24,040 nt of DNA. It comes from a virus. Its lineage: Duplodnaviria; Heunggongvirae; Uroviricota; Caudoviricetes. The translations under genes were made by a program, and so were the position numbers. Location: IMG/VR virus record IMGVR_UViG_2740892439_000001, positions 1 to 24,040 of that record; one strand, 5' to 3'. The notes beneath the pieces are model-generated. The model saw only the letters and a program-made list of their open reading frames with translations, was not told the DNA's origin and ran no database searches. Below, piece by piece: positions 1-8,821 of the stretch. Numbering within the stretch: position 1 is the first letter of the stretch; every line of letters begins with the position of its first letter.

Positions 1-22
1 CCACGCAATGCCTGAAATAACA

Positions 23-45
23 GCCTCGCACTAGCGGGGCTTTTT
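23..45 (+). terminator. Intrinsic terminator of an upstream plus-strand gene (outside window)
   Basis: Stem gcctcgc / gcggggc (7 bp, one G-U wobble), loop acta, followed by ttttt at 41-45. Confidence 0.5.
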
Positions 46-171
46 AATGCGTATCGTACACGCAAACCATCGAGAGTCTTTCAGTCGTGAGCCTGAGGAA
101 CGCCGTTAAAGGTGGCGACCTCTCTCGGGCGGCGTTCCTGTACGACAGGCTCACACCTAAAGGAAAACAGC

Positions 172-642
172 ATGAAAGTTATCAAGTATTGGAAAGTTCA
201 GCTTCTGCAGTTGTCTCAGCCCTCCAGCAATCTTTCCGGCATTATCAATGCCCGCACTCTGGTCGAAAGCCTGTTGTTTGAGGGGTACTCGAAAGATAAA
301 CCGAAAATTAACCTCGGTTCCGGAGTAAATATTGAGTTATTTACAGCACCCGATTCGCTGGAAACCCGTATCTTTCGTGACCGCCTCGTTGACAGTGTGC
401 GTTGCTTCCCGGTGTGTGAAGATGATGGCGACAAAAGTGAGGGGGTAGACATTACCATCCACCTTGAGCTCAGATTTCCAAATGCCGAGCCGTCATTGGT
501 GGCGCGGGCGCAGCAAAGGCGCCAGAAAAAATCCATGACCATGCCTGTATTAACTGCTTCCTTGGTCGCGGTCCGTGCCTTGGTGACTGCCACGTTGCCG
601 ACGTTAATAAGGCTCGCAGCTCCTCCTTCGAAGACGTGGTGA
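172..642 (+). CDS. Hypothetical protein; 3' end uncertain, a second frame is open 468-767 and looks more protein-like at its C-terminus (possible frameshift)
   Basis: ATG at 172 preceded by aaagga SD; N-terminal ~100 aa look like real protein (MKVIKYWKVQLL...). The track's ATG at 112 has no SD. Frame 0 is open from 468 to the tga at 765-767 with no ATG and ends ...KPVIKWLNENANPHTSVNIDATSAQLLTGEIGIHTEEFIKD. Confidence 0.4.
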   Translation: MKVIKYWKVQLLQLSQPSSNLSGIINARTLVESLLFEGYSKDKPKINLGSGVNIELFTAPDSLETRIFRDRLVDSVRCFPVCEDDGDKSEGVDITIHLELRFPNAEPSLVARAQQRRQKKSMTMPVLTASLVAVRALVTATLPTLIRLAAPPSKTW

Positions 643-779
643 AGCCCGTAATCAAATGGCTTAACGAAAACGCCAACCCTCATACATCAGTGAACATCGA
701 CGCAACCAGTGCTCAGCTGCTTACTGGTGAAATCGGCATTCACACGGAAGAGTTCATTAAGGACTGATCGGGCATTACA

Positions 780-801
780 GAGCCACTTCCAGAGGTGGCT
801 C
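780..801 (+). other. Hairpin (7-bp stem, 8-nt loop) in convergent intergenic region, no T-tract
   Basis: gagccac ttccagag gtggctc. Confidence 0.3.
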
Positions 802-854
802 GATAATGTCACAACGAGGTAAGGACTATGGCAAAACCGGACTGTGATTTCGTC

Positions 855-888
855 GAATAAGAATGGTGACCATAAAACAGAGTCACCA
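855..888 (-). terminator. Putative intrinsic terminator for the minus-strand gene ending at 893
   Basis: tggtgac / gtcacca 7-bp stem (864-888) with 11-nt loop; on the minus-strand transcript it is followed by a U-rich run (UUCUUAUUC). Confidence 0.4.
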
Positions 889-892
889 CAGA

Positions 893-1144
893 TTATTTAC
901 CCGCGCGCTTCGCGACCAGCTCATCTTCATTAACGCGATAACGCCAATATCGTTCAGGCTTAACCCAAACCACTTTATCACCGCTTACTTTGCGGAATTG
1001 GGTAATGACAGGTGTAGATAAAACAAGATTACCATCAGCATTTTCTTTCAGAAACTGCTCATTATCGAGTTTGACTAAATAATCAACTACGTCTTCCTGA
1101 TACAGGCAACCGTCATATTCTAACTGAGCCATCATCCACTTCAT
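893..1144 (-). CDS. Hypothetical small protein (83 aa from ATG 1144; the track's GTG at 1261 would give 122 aa but overlaps the upstream gene by 82 nt)
   Basis: Open frame with diverse composition (MKWMMAQLEYDGCLYQEDVVDYLVKLDNEQFLKENADGNLVLSTPVITQFRKVSGDKVVWVKPERYWRYRVNEDELVAKRAGK). Same strand and 35 nt downstream of the DUF2158-like gene. No family recognised. Confidence 0.45.
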   Translation of the reverse strand: MKWMMAQLEYDGCLYQEDVVDYLVKLDNEQFLKENADGNLVLSTPVITQFRKVSGDKVVWVKPERYWRYRVNEDELVAKRAGK

Positions 1145-1179
1145 CACGTCTGTAAGAGACAACTTGAGTGCGTTTGGGT

Positions 1180-1389
1180 TTACGGCTTTGGGTTGGTAGC
1201 AGTCAGTGATTCTTCTGGAAATCTGGCTCTTTCTTGCTTCCTTCCTGAAAACCACTGACACCAGTAATCACCAACAAAAACATCAAAGCTGTTTATGATT
1301 GGCTCCTGAACAGCCATCGCCGGGCCGCCTGAAACCAAATAAACAATGTCGCCGATTTTAAATTTAGGGGTACGTGGATTTTTTGACAT
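1180..1389 (-). CDS. Small protein resembling the DUF2158 / YodC-like family
   Basis: 69 aa, MSKNPRTPKFKIGDIVYLVSGGPAMAVQEP...GDYWCQWF...; the KxGDxVxLxSGGPxMxV core and C-terminal CxWF motif are recalled from memory as typical of DUF2158. aaggaag SD 5 nt upstream of the ATG on the minus strand. Confidence 0.6.
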   Translation of the reverse strand: MSKNPRTPKFKIGDIVYLVSGGPAMAVQEPIINSFDVFVGDYWCQWFSGRKQERARFPEESLTATNPKP

Positions 1390-1416
1390 AAAGCTTCCTT
1401 TTTAAGAGAGAGATAC

Positions 1417-1968
1417 ATGGCACTCACCGACAAACAAGAAATGTTCTGTCGCGAGTACCTCATCGATTTAAACGCTACGCAAGCGGCTATTCGGGCGGGG
1501 TACAGCGCAAAGACAGCTAACCGTACCGCATCCGAAAACCTGTCAAAACCTGACATCAAGTTAAGAATCGCCGAACTGAAAGCGCAACGCAATGATCTTG
1601 TTGGTATTAATGCAGAATATGTACTTAATCGCCTTATTGAAATCGACCAGATGGATGTGCTTGACATTCTCCTGCAAAACGGTGAGCTAAAACCCATCAA
1701 AGACTGGCCTAAGGTATGGCGCACAACGCTATCAGGAATGGATGTCGTGGAGATGGTATCCGCAGATAGCGCCGCACTTCTGAAGAAAATCAAATGGCCT
1801 GATAAGGTTAAAAACCTTGAGTTGCTTGGGCGTCATGTTTCTGTTCAGGCGTTTAAAGACAACGTCAAAAATGAAGTGACTGGCGCTGATGGAGGACCAG
1901 TCAGAACAGAAATTACCAACTTAACGCCGGAGCAGGCTGCAGAGGCGTATAGAAAAATGATGGGCTAA
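1417..1968 (+). CDS. terS: Terminase small subunit
   Basis: 183 aa, N-terminus [34 protein letters not shown] is the classic small-terminase helix-turn-helix start; sits immediately upstream of the large subunit (stop/start 1968/1971). Confidence 0.85.
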   Translation: MALTDKQEMFCREYLIDLNATQAAIRAGYSAKTANRTASENLSKPDIKLRIAELKAQRNDLVGINAEYVLNRLIEIDQMDVLDILLQNGELKPIKDWPKVWRTTLSGMDVVEMVSADSAALLKKIKWPDKVKNLELLGRHVSVQAFKDNVKNEVTGADGGPVRTEITNLTPEQAAEAYRKMMG

Positions 1969-1970
1969 GT

Positions 1971-3559
1971 ATGCCGTTACCATTCCCCTTCGATTTTAAA
2001 CATCCTGATTACCAGATGGTTTTTGAATGGCGGATGGAACGCTTACAGCGCATTCGCCAGAATCCTGAAATATTGCCTGCACTAAAACAGTTTTACCGAA
2101 CCAATCCGGCTCAGTTCATCATCGACTGGGGCATGACAACGGACCCGCGTAATATTGATTATGGCCTGCCGGTGACCATTCCGTTTTTACTATTCCCTAA
2201 GCAGGAGGAGTGGATCCACTGGATTATGGAACGCTGGGGTAATCGGGAGAATGGTATTACCGAAAAATCCCGTGAAATGGGGCTCAGTTGGACCGCGATC
2301 GGACTGGCCTGCTCGCTTTGTCTCTTCAACAAAGAAATGGTTATCGGTTTCGGCTCCCGTAAAGAGGAATACGTCGACAGCACTGGTGACCCGAAAGCAT
2401 TGTTCTGGAAGGCGCGCAAGTTCGTGGAAACACTACCTGTAGAGTTTCGCGGTTCGTGGAGCGAGAAGAAGCACGCGCCATATATGCGTGTTGAGTTTCC
2501 TGAAACTGGTGCCGTTATCAAAGGCGAGGCTGGCGATAATATTGGTCGTGGTGACCGTACCACGCTTTATCTGGTTGATGAGGCTGCATTCCTTCAGCGT
2601 CCTCTGCTGATTGATGCGGCGTTGTCACAAACCACCCGTTGCCGTATCGACCTGAGTTCAGTTAACGGCATGGCTAACCCGTTCGCTCAGAAGCGTCATG
2701 GCGGGAAGATACCGGTATTCACATTCCACTGGCGGGATGATCCTCGCAAGGATGAAGAGTGGTATCGCAGGGAATGCGAGAAAATCGATAATCCGGTGGT
2801 GGTGGCGCAGGAACTTGACCTGAACTACAGCGCATCTGCGGAAGGCGTCCTGATCCCGTCCGACTGGGTACAGGCTGCCGTCGACGCGCATATCAAACTT
2901 GGTATTCAGCCAACGGGCAAGCGACTTGGCGCGATGGATGTCGCTGATGAAGGCAGGGACAAAAATGCCTTTTCCACCCGTCATGGCTTCCTCCTGGAAA
3001 ATGTGCGGGAATGGTCCGGTGTGGGCAGCGACATTTACCAGTCTGTTGAGAAGGTCTTCGGCTTTTGCGAACAGGACAACCTCGAAGAGTTTCGCTTCGA
3101 CGAGGACGGCCTGGGCGCTGGCGTTCGCGGAGATGCACGAGCTATCAACGAACTGCGTAACGCTGCGCGCCGACCGTCAATACTCGCCACGCCGTTTCGA
3201 GGTAGTGGCGCGGTATTTGATCCGGATGATGAAGCTGTTCGCGGGGACAACGGGCAGGCTGCACGTCTGAACAAGGACTTCTTCGCTAACGCCAAAGCCC
3301 AGAGCTGGTGGCGGTTACGTAAACTTTTTCAGAATACCTGGCGCGCGTGGTTGAAGGTATGGCTTACAACCCGGACGAAATCATCTCAATCAGCAGTAGC
3401 ATGGCACTCAAAGATAAACTCATCATCGAGCTTTCGCAGCCGACCTATTCCATTAATGGTGTGGGAAAAATCGTTATTGATAAACAGCCTGATGGAACCC
3501 GGTCGCCAAACCTTGCCGACTCGGTGATGATCAGCTACGCGCCAATGAATTCAGCCTGA
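1971..3559 (+). CDS. terL: Terminase large subunit, interrupted by an apparent 1-nt deletion near 3345-3350 (frame 0 to frame 2)
   Basis: 518-aa ORF 1971-3527 with a nucleotide-binding motif region ([11 protein letters not shown]) and nuclease-like C-terminal half. Its last ~60 aa are low-quality, while the overlapping ORF 3347-3559 (frame 2) encodes a typical terminase C-terminus ([16 protein letters not shown]...[16 protein letters not shown]). The frames join if one g is restored in gcgcgcgtgg. Confidence 0.8.
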
Positions 3560-3590
3560 ACATCTGGGAGCTGCTAGGGAGACAGGCCTG

Positions 3591-5060
3591 ATGGCACGAA
3601 ACAAGCAATCCTCTCAGCGAACGGCACAGGCCACCGCTGACGGCTACGAGAACTTCGTCGCCCGCGTTGGGATGCAGACGCCTAACCAGCATTCAGCATC
3701 GACCTACCGGGCGAACTTCACCAGCCGCAACCGCATGCTGGTGGAATGGTCATATCGCGGTTCGTGGGTTATCGGTGAAGCGGTCGACGCTATCCCGGAC
3801 GATATGACCCGAAAGGGCATTCGCATCACTTCGGAGATTGACGCCAAAGACCGTGGCACCCTCGAAGCGCAACTGGATGAGTTGCAGATCTGGGATGCGC
3901 TGAACGACGTGCTGAAATGGTCGCGTCTCTACGGCGGCGCGGTCGGCTTCATCATGATCGAGGGGCAAGCACCAATGACCCCGCTGCGACTCGAAACCAT
4001 TGGCGAGGGCAAGTTTAAGGGCATTCTCCCGCTCGACCGCTGGATGATTAACCCGGTGCTGACACGCCGCATTAAAGAGATGGGGCCGGACCTCGGCAAG
4101 CCTGAGTTTTACGACGTGGTGACCACCGCAACGGGCATTCCGGCCTGGCGCATCCATCACAGCCGCCTGATCCGCTTTGATGGCGTCACGCTGCCATTCC
4201 AGCAGAAGATGACCGAAAACGAATGGGGAATGTCGGTTGTAGAGCGTATCTGGGATCGGCTTACTGCGTTCGATAGCGCTACTGTCGGCGCGGCGCAGCT
4301 GGTCTATAAAGCGCATCTGCGTACCTATAGCGTGGAGAAGTTGCGCGAGCTTATCGCGCTTGGAGGCCCGGCGTTCGAAGCGTTGCTGAAGAACATCGAC
4401 CTGATCCGCCAGTTCCAGAGCAATGAAGGTATGACGCTCATGGACTCGCGGGATAAGTTCGAAACCCACCAGTACAGCTTTAGTGGTCTGGATGACATTC
4501 TTTCGCAGTTTGCTGAGCAGATCAGCGGTGCCGTTGGTATCCCGCTGGTACGCCTGTTCGGTCAATCCCCGAAAGGCTTCTCTACTGGTGATGCAGACCT
4601 CGCCAACTATTACGACCGGGTGAGCTCATTGCAGGAGCGCCGCTTACGGCTGCCGATGCGCCGGATACTGGACATTATGCACCGCTCGGAACTCGGAAAG
4701 CCGCTGCCGGACGATTTCACGTTTGAGTTTAACCCGCTATGGCAAATGTCAGACGTTGACCGATCAACGGTGGCCGTAAACACCACCAACGCGATCAGTA
4801 CCGCGCTGGGCGACGGATTGATGACGCGTAAGGCGGCGATGACCGACCTGCGCGAAAACTCTGACGTCACCGGCATCGGGGCATCCATTACCGACGAGGA
4901 TATCGAGAATGCCGAAGACGAAGCGCCGCCAGGCATCGGCGAACTTGGCGACAAACCGCCAGAGCCGCCAGGCGGAGATCCGATATCGAACGAGCCTACG
5001 GCAGATAGCGCGGGCGGTCGGGGATATCGTAAATGGTCGCTACGATGGTTCAAACGATAG
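3591..5060 (+). CDS. Portal protein
   Basis: 489 aa, sits between terminase and head-morphogenesis genes, acidic C-terminal tail; recalled as the DUF1073-type portal. The exact 3' end is uncertain because all three forward frames are open over 4843-5003. Confidence 0.75.
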   Translation: MARNKQSSQRTAQATADGYENFVARVGMQTPNQHSASTYRANFTSRNRMLVEWSYRGSWVIGEAVDAIPDDMTRKGIRITSEIDAKDRGTLEAQLDELQIWDALNDVLKWSRLYGGAVGFIMIEGQAPMTPLRLETIGEGKFKGILPLDRWMINPVLTRRIKEMGPDLGKPEFYDVVTTATGIPAWRIHHSRLIRFDGVTLPFQQKMTENEWGMSVVERIWDRLTAFDSATVGAAQLVYKAHLRTYSVEKLRELIALGGPAFEALLKNIDLIRQFQSNEGMTLMDSRDKFETHQYSFSGLDDILSQFAEQISGAVGIPLVRLFGQSPKGFSTGDADLANYYDRVSSLQERRLRLPMRRILDIMHRSELGKPLPDDFTFEFNPLWQMSDVDRSTVAVNTTNAISTALGDGLMTRKAAMTDLRENSDVTGIGASITDEDIENAEDEAPPGIGELGDKPPEPPGGDPISNEPTADSAGGRGYRKWSLRWFKR

Positions 5061-5682
5061 CGTCACCGAAATAATGGATGCGCTGGAGCGCTACAGCGAA
5101 ATCATCACCCCCTGGGCGACTAAGGTTGCTGAGAGCTTCACCGCCGACATTGCGCGCCAGAATGAAAAGCAGTGGCGTCAGCACAGCCGGAACATCAGCG
5201 CAGAACTACGCAACATGGTCGACCGCGCCCCGGTAGGCCAGGTGATGAAATCCATCGTCGCCGAGCAAATTAAGTACATCAAATCTCTGCCTCTTGAGGC
5301 CGCCGATCGGGTGTATGACATTCAGAACAAGGCCATCGAGGCTGTAGTAACTGGTGGCCGCGCTGAGCCATTCGCGAAAGAGATAGCTGCTTCCGGTGAC
5401 GTGTCACGCTCACGAGCGAACCTTATCGCCCGGACTGAGCTTGGGCGCGCAACCGGTGCATTGGATCAGGCGCGTGCGCTGTCAATCGGCTCGAATGGTT
5501 ATATCTGGCGTACAGCCGAAGATGGCGACGTCCGGCATTCTCATCGAGAGATGGAAGGGAAGTTTGTCGAATGGGGCCGACCTCCAACGCTTGACGGCAT
5601 GACCGGTCACGCTGGCGAGCTCCCGAACTGCCGCTGTTACAAAGAAATCGTCTTCCCCAACCCTCATTCTTATCTCGCCTGA
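4909..5682 (+). CDS. Head morphogenesis protein (Mu F / SPP1 gp7-like minor head protein)
   Basis: 257 aa; basic N-terminus MPKTKRRQASANL...; conserved position directly after the portal; C-terminal region ...GYIWRTAEDGDVRHSHREMEGKF...LPNCRCY is typical of this family. 152-nt overlap with the portal ORF. Confidence 0.7.
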   Translation: MPKTKRRQASANLATNRQSRQAEIRYRTSLRQIARAVGDIVNGRYDGSNDSVTEIMDALERYSEIITPWATKVAESFTADIARQNEKQWRQHSRNISAELRNMVDRAPVGQVMKSIVAEQIKYIKSLPLEAADRVYDIQNKAIEAVVTGGRAEPFAKEIAASGDVSRSRANLIARTELGRATGALDQARALSIGSNGYIWRTAEDGDVRHSHREMEGKFVEWGRPPTLDGMTGHAGELPNCRCYKEIVFPNPHSYLA

Positions 5683-5696
5683 ATCGCAGGTAAACC

Positions 5697-6929
5697 ATGA
5701 AATATTTTTTCAATACCCGGCTGGGGGAAACCCGTTATCAGCTGGCTGACGGCTCGCTGCTGTGCAAAGACGTGCCGATAGGTCGAACGGGTAAGCAGCT
5801 TTACGGCGCTGCCGATCTGCCAAACCTCAAACCCGACAAGCTCGGCGAGATAGTCGTAACGCGCTCTCCTGATCAGGTATTCCATCCGGCCACGCTCGCC
5901 TCATTCGAAGGGATGAGCATCACGATCCTGCATCCTGAAGATGAAAACGGGAATGTGCGGCTGGTCAACCCCGAGAACTGGAAAGAGCTTGCGGTCGGGC
6001 ATCTTCAGAACGTTCGGCGCGGGACTGGTGATCAGTCTGATTTGATGCTGGCTGACCTTATCGTCAAAGACGAAAGCGCCATTCAGCTGATCGAAGATGG
6101 TCTGCGCGAAGTGTCGTGCGGCTATGACGCTGAGTACGAGCAGACCGAACCCGGAAAAGCCGAGCAGGTCGATATTACCGGAAACCATGTGGCTCTTGTC
6201 CCTAAAGGCAGAGCCGGAAATCGTTGTGCAATTGGAGACAGAGACACAATGGCAAATCAAAAGAAAAGCTGGTGGACCCGCATGCGCACGGCCATCAAAA
6301 CGGGTGATGCTGACACCATGAACGAACTGCTGGACTCTGCGCCAGCGGCGGTAACGGGCGATGAAGGGGATCTGCCGAGCGGCGTTAACCTCAACATTAA
6401 TCTTTCACCGCAACAACCATTGCCGGACAAAAAGCCGGAAATGGGCGGAGAGCCAACCGGCGACGGCGAGGACGATATCAAAACCTTGCTCAAAGCCCTG
6501 CTGGCTAAGCTGGAAGGTACTGCAACGGGCGATAACGACGATAAGCCTGACGGCAAAGATAACAAAGACCCTACCGGCGACGGTGAGGACGACGAAGAGG
6601 AAACCACGATTACCGGTGACGCTGCTTATCGTGCCGAAGTTATCGTTCCGGGTATCGATCTGAGCCGTAAGGTGAAACCGACCGCGTTCAAACGTGATGT
6701 GCTGTCCGCCGCTGACAAAACACTGGTTCGCCAGGTTGTCGGTGATGCAGATATCCGCAAATTGCCCAAGCAATCGGTAGATATGGCGTTTAACGCCGTG
6801 TCAGAGATTGCCAAAGGGCGAAACACCCGCAGCACCACGGGCGATGCACAACGTCCAAATATGGGCATGACCAGCATCGCTTCCCTGAACAAACAAAACG
6901 CCGACTTCTGGTCTAACCGCAAAGGATAA
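5697..6929 (+). CDS. Scaffold / prohead protease-like protein (DUF2213-like) with an acidic low-complexity linker
   Basis: 410 aa; position between morphogenesis and capsid genes; Asp/Glu/Gly-rich central region with a repeated PTGDGEDD motif. Confidence 0.55.
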   Translation: MKYFFNTRLGETRYQLADGSLLCKDVPIGRTGKQLYGAADLPNLKPDKLGEIVVTRSPDQVFHPATLASFEGMSITILHPEDENGNVRLVNPENWKELAVGHLQNVRRGTGDQSDLMLADLIVKDESAIQLIEDGLREVSCGYDAEYEQTEPGKAEQVDITGNHVALVPKGRAGNRCAIGDRDTMANQKKSWWTRMRTAIKTGDADTMNELLDSAPAAVTGDEGDLPSGVNLNINLSPQQPLPDKKPEMGGEPTGDGEDDIKTLLKALLAKLEGTATGDNDDKPDGKDNKDPTGDGEDDEEETTITGDAAYRAEVIVPGIDLSRKVKPTAFKRDVLSAADKTLVRQVVGDADIRKLPKQSVDMAFNAVSEIAKGRNTRSTTGDAQRPNMGMTSIASLNKQNADFWSNRKG

Positions 6930-6933
6930 TCCA

Positions 6934-7437
6934 ATGACTGCATATCTGTACCGGATGCCTGTTGGCATTGCCGGGACTATCTCTCGCCCGCAGGACTTAA
7001 CCGTCGAACCGGTGATCCTTAAATCCGCTAACGCCTTCGCTGCCTATGGTCTGGCTGGCAAATATGACGCTGACGGCTTTTTCGTGCCGCTGGCGGACGG
7101 TGACACCGCCGACAAGGTGAAGGGGATCTACGTTCGTCCGTATCCGACCACATCGCAGCCAGACATGGTTCGCCAGGTGGGGACGGATAAGAACTTCCCG
7201 GGTGACGCCATGAAGCGTGGCTACATGACCGTTAATCTCGGTTCTGATTTTGATGCCAGCACCATCAAAAAAGGCGACCCGGTATACGTTGTCGTCTCCA
7301 CTGATGAATCCATCAAAGTGCCGCTGGGCGGCTTCATGTCCACGTCCGTCAGTGGCAAAAACGTGGCGCTGACCAACGCCGAATTCACAGGGGCCGGTGA
7401 CGCTAACGGCAATGCAGAAATCTCCTGGAAGATTTAA
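6934..7437 (+). CDS. Capsid-associated cement/decoration-like protein
   Basis: 167 aa ORF immediately upstream of the major capsid gene, Gly/Thr/Val-rich beta-type composition; family assignment is tentative. Confidence 0.5.
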   Translation: MTAYLYRMPVGIAGTISRPQDLTVEPVILKSANAFAAYGLAGKYDADGFFVPLADGDTADKVKGIYVRPYPTTSQPDMVRQVGTDKNFPGDAMKRGYMTVNLGSDFDASTIKKGDPVYVVVSTDESIKVPLGGFMSTSVSGKNVALTNAEFTGAGDANGNAEISWKI

Positions 7438-7448
7438 GGAACAGACGA

Positions 7449-8390
7449 ATGATTACTTTTGATCAGGCAACCGTTGATAGCTCTGGTGCCTTTCTCATCG
7501 GGGAGCTGGAGCGACTCGACCAGACGCTGAACCTGCCGCTGGTGGGTTACACCTGGACCCGCGATATTCAGCTGCGTGAAGACGTTTCTATCGCAGATGA
7601 CATTTCCAGCTGGACTAACACCAGTTTTGGCGCTGCTGGTACTGGCGCAAATCCGAACGGTAAAAACTGGGTAGGCAAAGACTCCACTGCTATTGCTGGC
7701 GTGAATGTTGATATCGGCAAAGACGGCAATCCGCTGAACCTCTGGGGCATGGAACTGGGCTGGACCGTTGTAGAGCTGGCAGCAGCTCAGCAGGTAGGTC
7801 GCCCGATTGATACCCAGAAGTACGACGGGATGCAGCTCAAATGGCAGATGGACAACGACGAGCAGGTTTACATTGGCGATGATGCGCTCGGCCTGAAAGG
7901 GCTGGCAAACCTTGTCGGTGTGACGCTGAACAATGCGCCGAAGACCTGGGCGAATTCCACCAACGACGAGATTCTCGATAGCGTGAACAGCATTCTGTCG
8001 AATGCCTGGGCAGCATCCGGTTATTCCGTCGTGCCTTCTGATCTGCGCATTCCGCCAGAGCAGTATTCACTGCTGGCGAGCCGTAAGGTTTCCGAAGCGG
8101 GTAACCAGTCGCTGCTGACCTATCTGGCCGTGAACACTATCGCTTTCCACCAGAACGGCGTTCCGCTGGAAATCAAAGCGGTTAAATGGCTGAAAGGGCG
8201 CGGGGTTGGCGGTAAAGACCGTATGGTCGCCTACACCAACGACAAGAAATACGTGCGCTATCCGCTGGTGCCGTTGCAGAGCGTTCCTGTCCAGTATCGC
8301 GGTCTGTACCAGATTGCGACCTACTACGGCAAGCTCGGTGCGGTTGAGCCAGTGTACAAAGAAACCCTGTCCTACGTGGACGGTATCTGA
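7449..8390 (+). CDS. Major capsid protein
   Basis: 313 aa; position after scaffold and cement genes; followed by a strong hairpin; composition typical of DUF2184-type capsid proteins. Confidence 0.7.
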   Translation: MITFDQATVDSSGAFLIGELERLDQTLNLPLVGYTWTRDIQLREDVSIADDISSWTNTSFGAAGTGANPNGKNWVGKDSTAIAGVNVDIGKDGNPLNLWGMELGWTVVELAAAQQVGRPIDTQKYDGMQLKWQMDNDEQVYIGDDALGLKGLANLVGVTLNNAPKTWANSTNDEILDSVNSILSNAWAASGYSVVPSDLRIPPEQYSLLASRKVSEAGNQSLLTYLAVNTIAFHQNGVPLEIKAVKWLKGRGVGGKDRMVAYTNDKKYVRYPLVPLQSVPVQYRGLYQIATYYGKLGAVEPVYKETLSYVDGI

Positions 8391-8400
8391 TAACCAGAAC

Positions 8401-8416
8401 GGCCCCGAAAGGGGCC
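8401..8416 (+). other. GC hairpin (ggcccc-gaaa-ggggcc) directly after the major capsid gene; putative attenuator or RNA stability element
   Basis: Perfect 6-bp G/C stem with a GAAA tetraloop 11 nt after the capsid stop; no downstream U-tract; the SD (aggaaa) and ATG of the next gene follow. Confidence 0.45.
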
Positions 8417-8431
8417 AGAAGGAAACTTGAA

Positions 8432-8821
8432 ATGGCGAAAGAAAAGCTGGTTACCATCCATGTTCACACCCCGTTTACGCTGACGCTCGGCGATCAGTCA
8501 AAACAGGAGTTTGGCCGGGGACGGCATAACGTACCGGAAGAGGTTGCGTCGCACTGGTTCACCCAGGCGCACTCTGAGCTTTCCGAAAGCGTGATTAGCG
8601 ACACCGATGATCTGCAACCCATTATCGACAGCCTGCAAGCACAGATTGCCGACAAAGATAAGCAGATTGTCGATAAAGATCAGCTGATTGCCGATCTGAA
8701 AGAAGCGCTGCTCAAGCTGCAAGAGCAGAACGACAGCCTGCAAGCGCAGATTGCTGCCGCCCAGACTGGCGGTAATGGGGCGAAAGATGCCAAAGAATCA
8801 AAGCCTGCCAACAGTAAGTGA
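8432..8821 (+). CDS. Hypothetical coiled-coil protein
   Basis: 129 aa; aggaaa SD; C-terminal heptad-like region with a repeated DSLQAQIA motif. Confidence 0.55.
   Translation: MAKEKLVTIHVHTPFTLTLGDQSKQEFGRGRHNVPEEVASHWFTQAHSELSESVISDTDDLQPIIDSLQAQIADKDKQIVDKDQLIADLKEALLKLQEQNDSLQAQIAAAQTGGNGAKDAKESKPANSK

Noticed and set aside
112-171. Upstream ATG (112) as the start of the first gene
   Set aside because: No SD upstream of 112, whereas ATG 172 has aaagga at optimal spacing; the extension MATSLGRRSCTTGSHLKENS looks non-native.
1293-1793. 166-aa minus-strand ORF overlapping terS and the DUF2158-like gene
   Set aside because: Ser/Arg/Leu-rich shadow frame; conflicts with two better-supported genes.
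3750-4565. 271-aa minus-strand ORF inside the portal gene
   Set aside because: Antisense shadow ORF: Arg/Ala/Leu-rich composition typical of the reverse frame of a GC-rich gene, no RBS context, fully nested in a well-supported plus-strand gene.
6257-6607. Ser/Pro-rich 116-aa minus-strand ORF
   Set aside because: Antisense of the acidic scaffold linker; low complexity.
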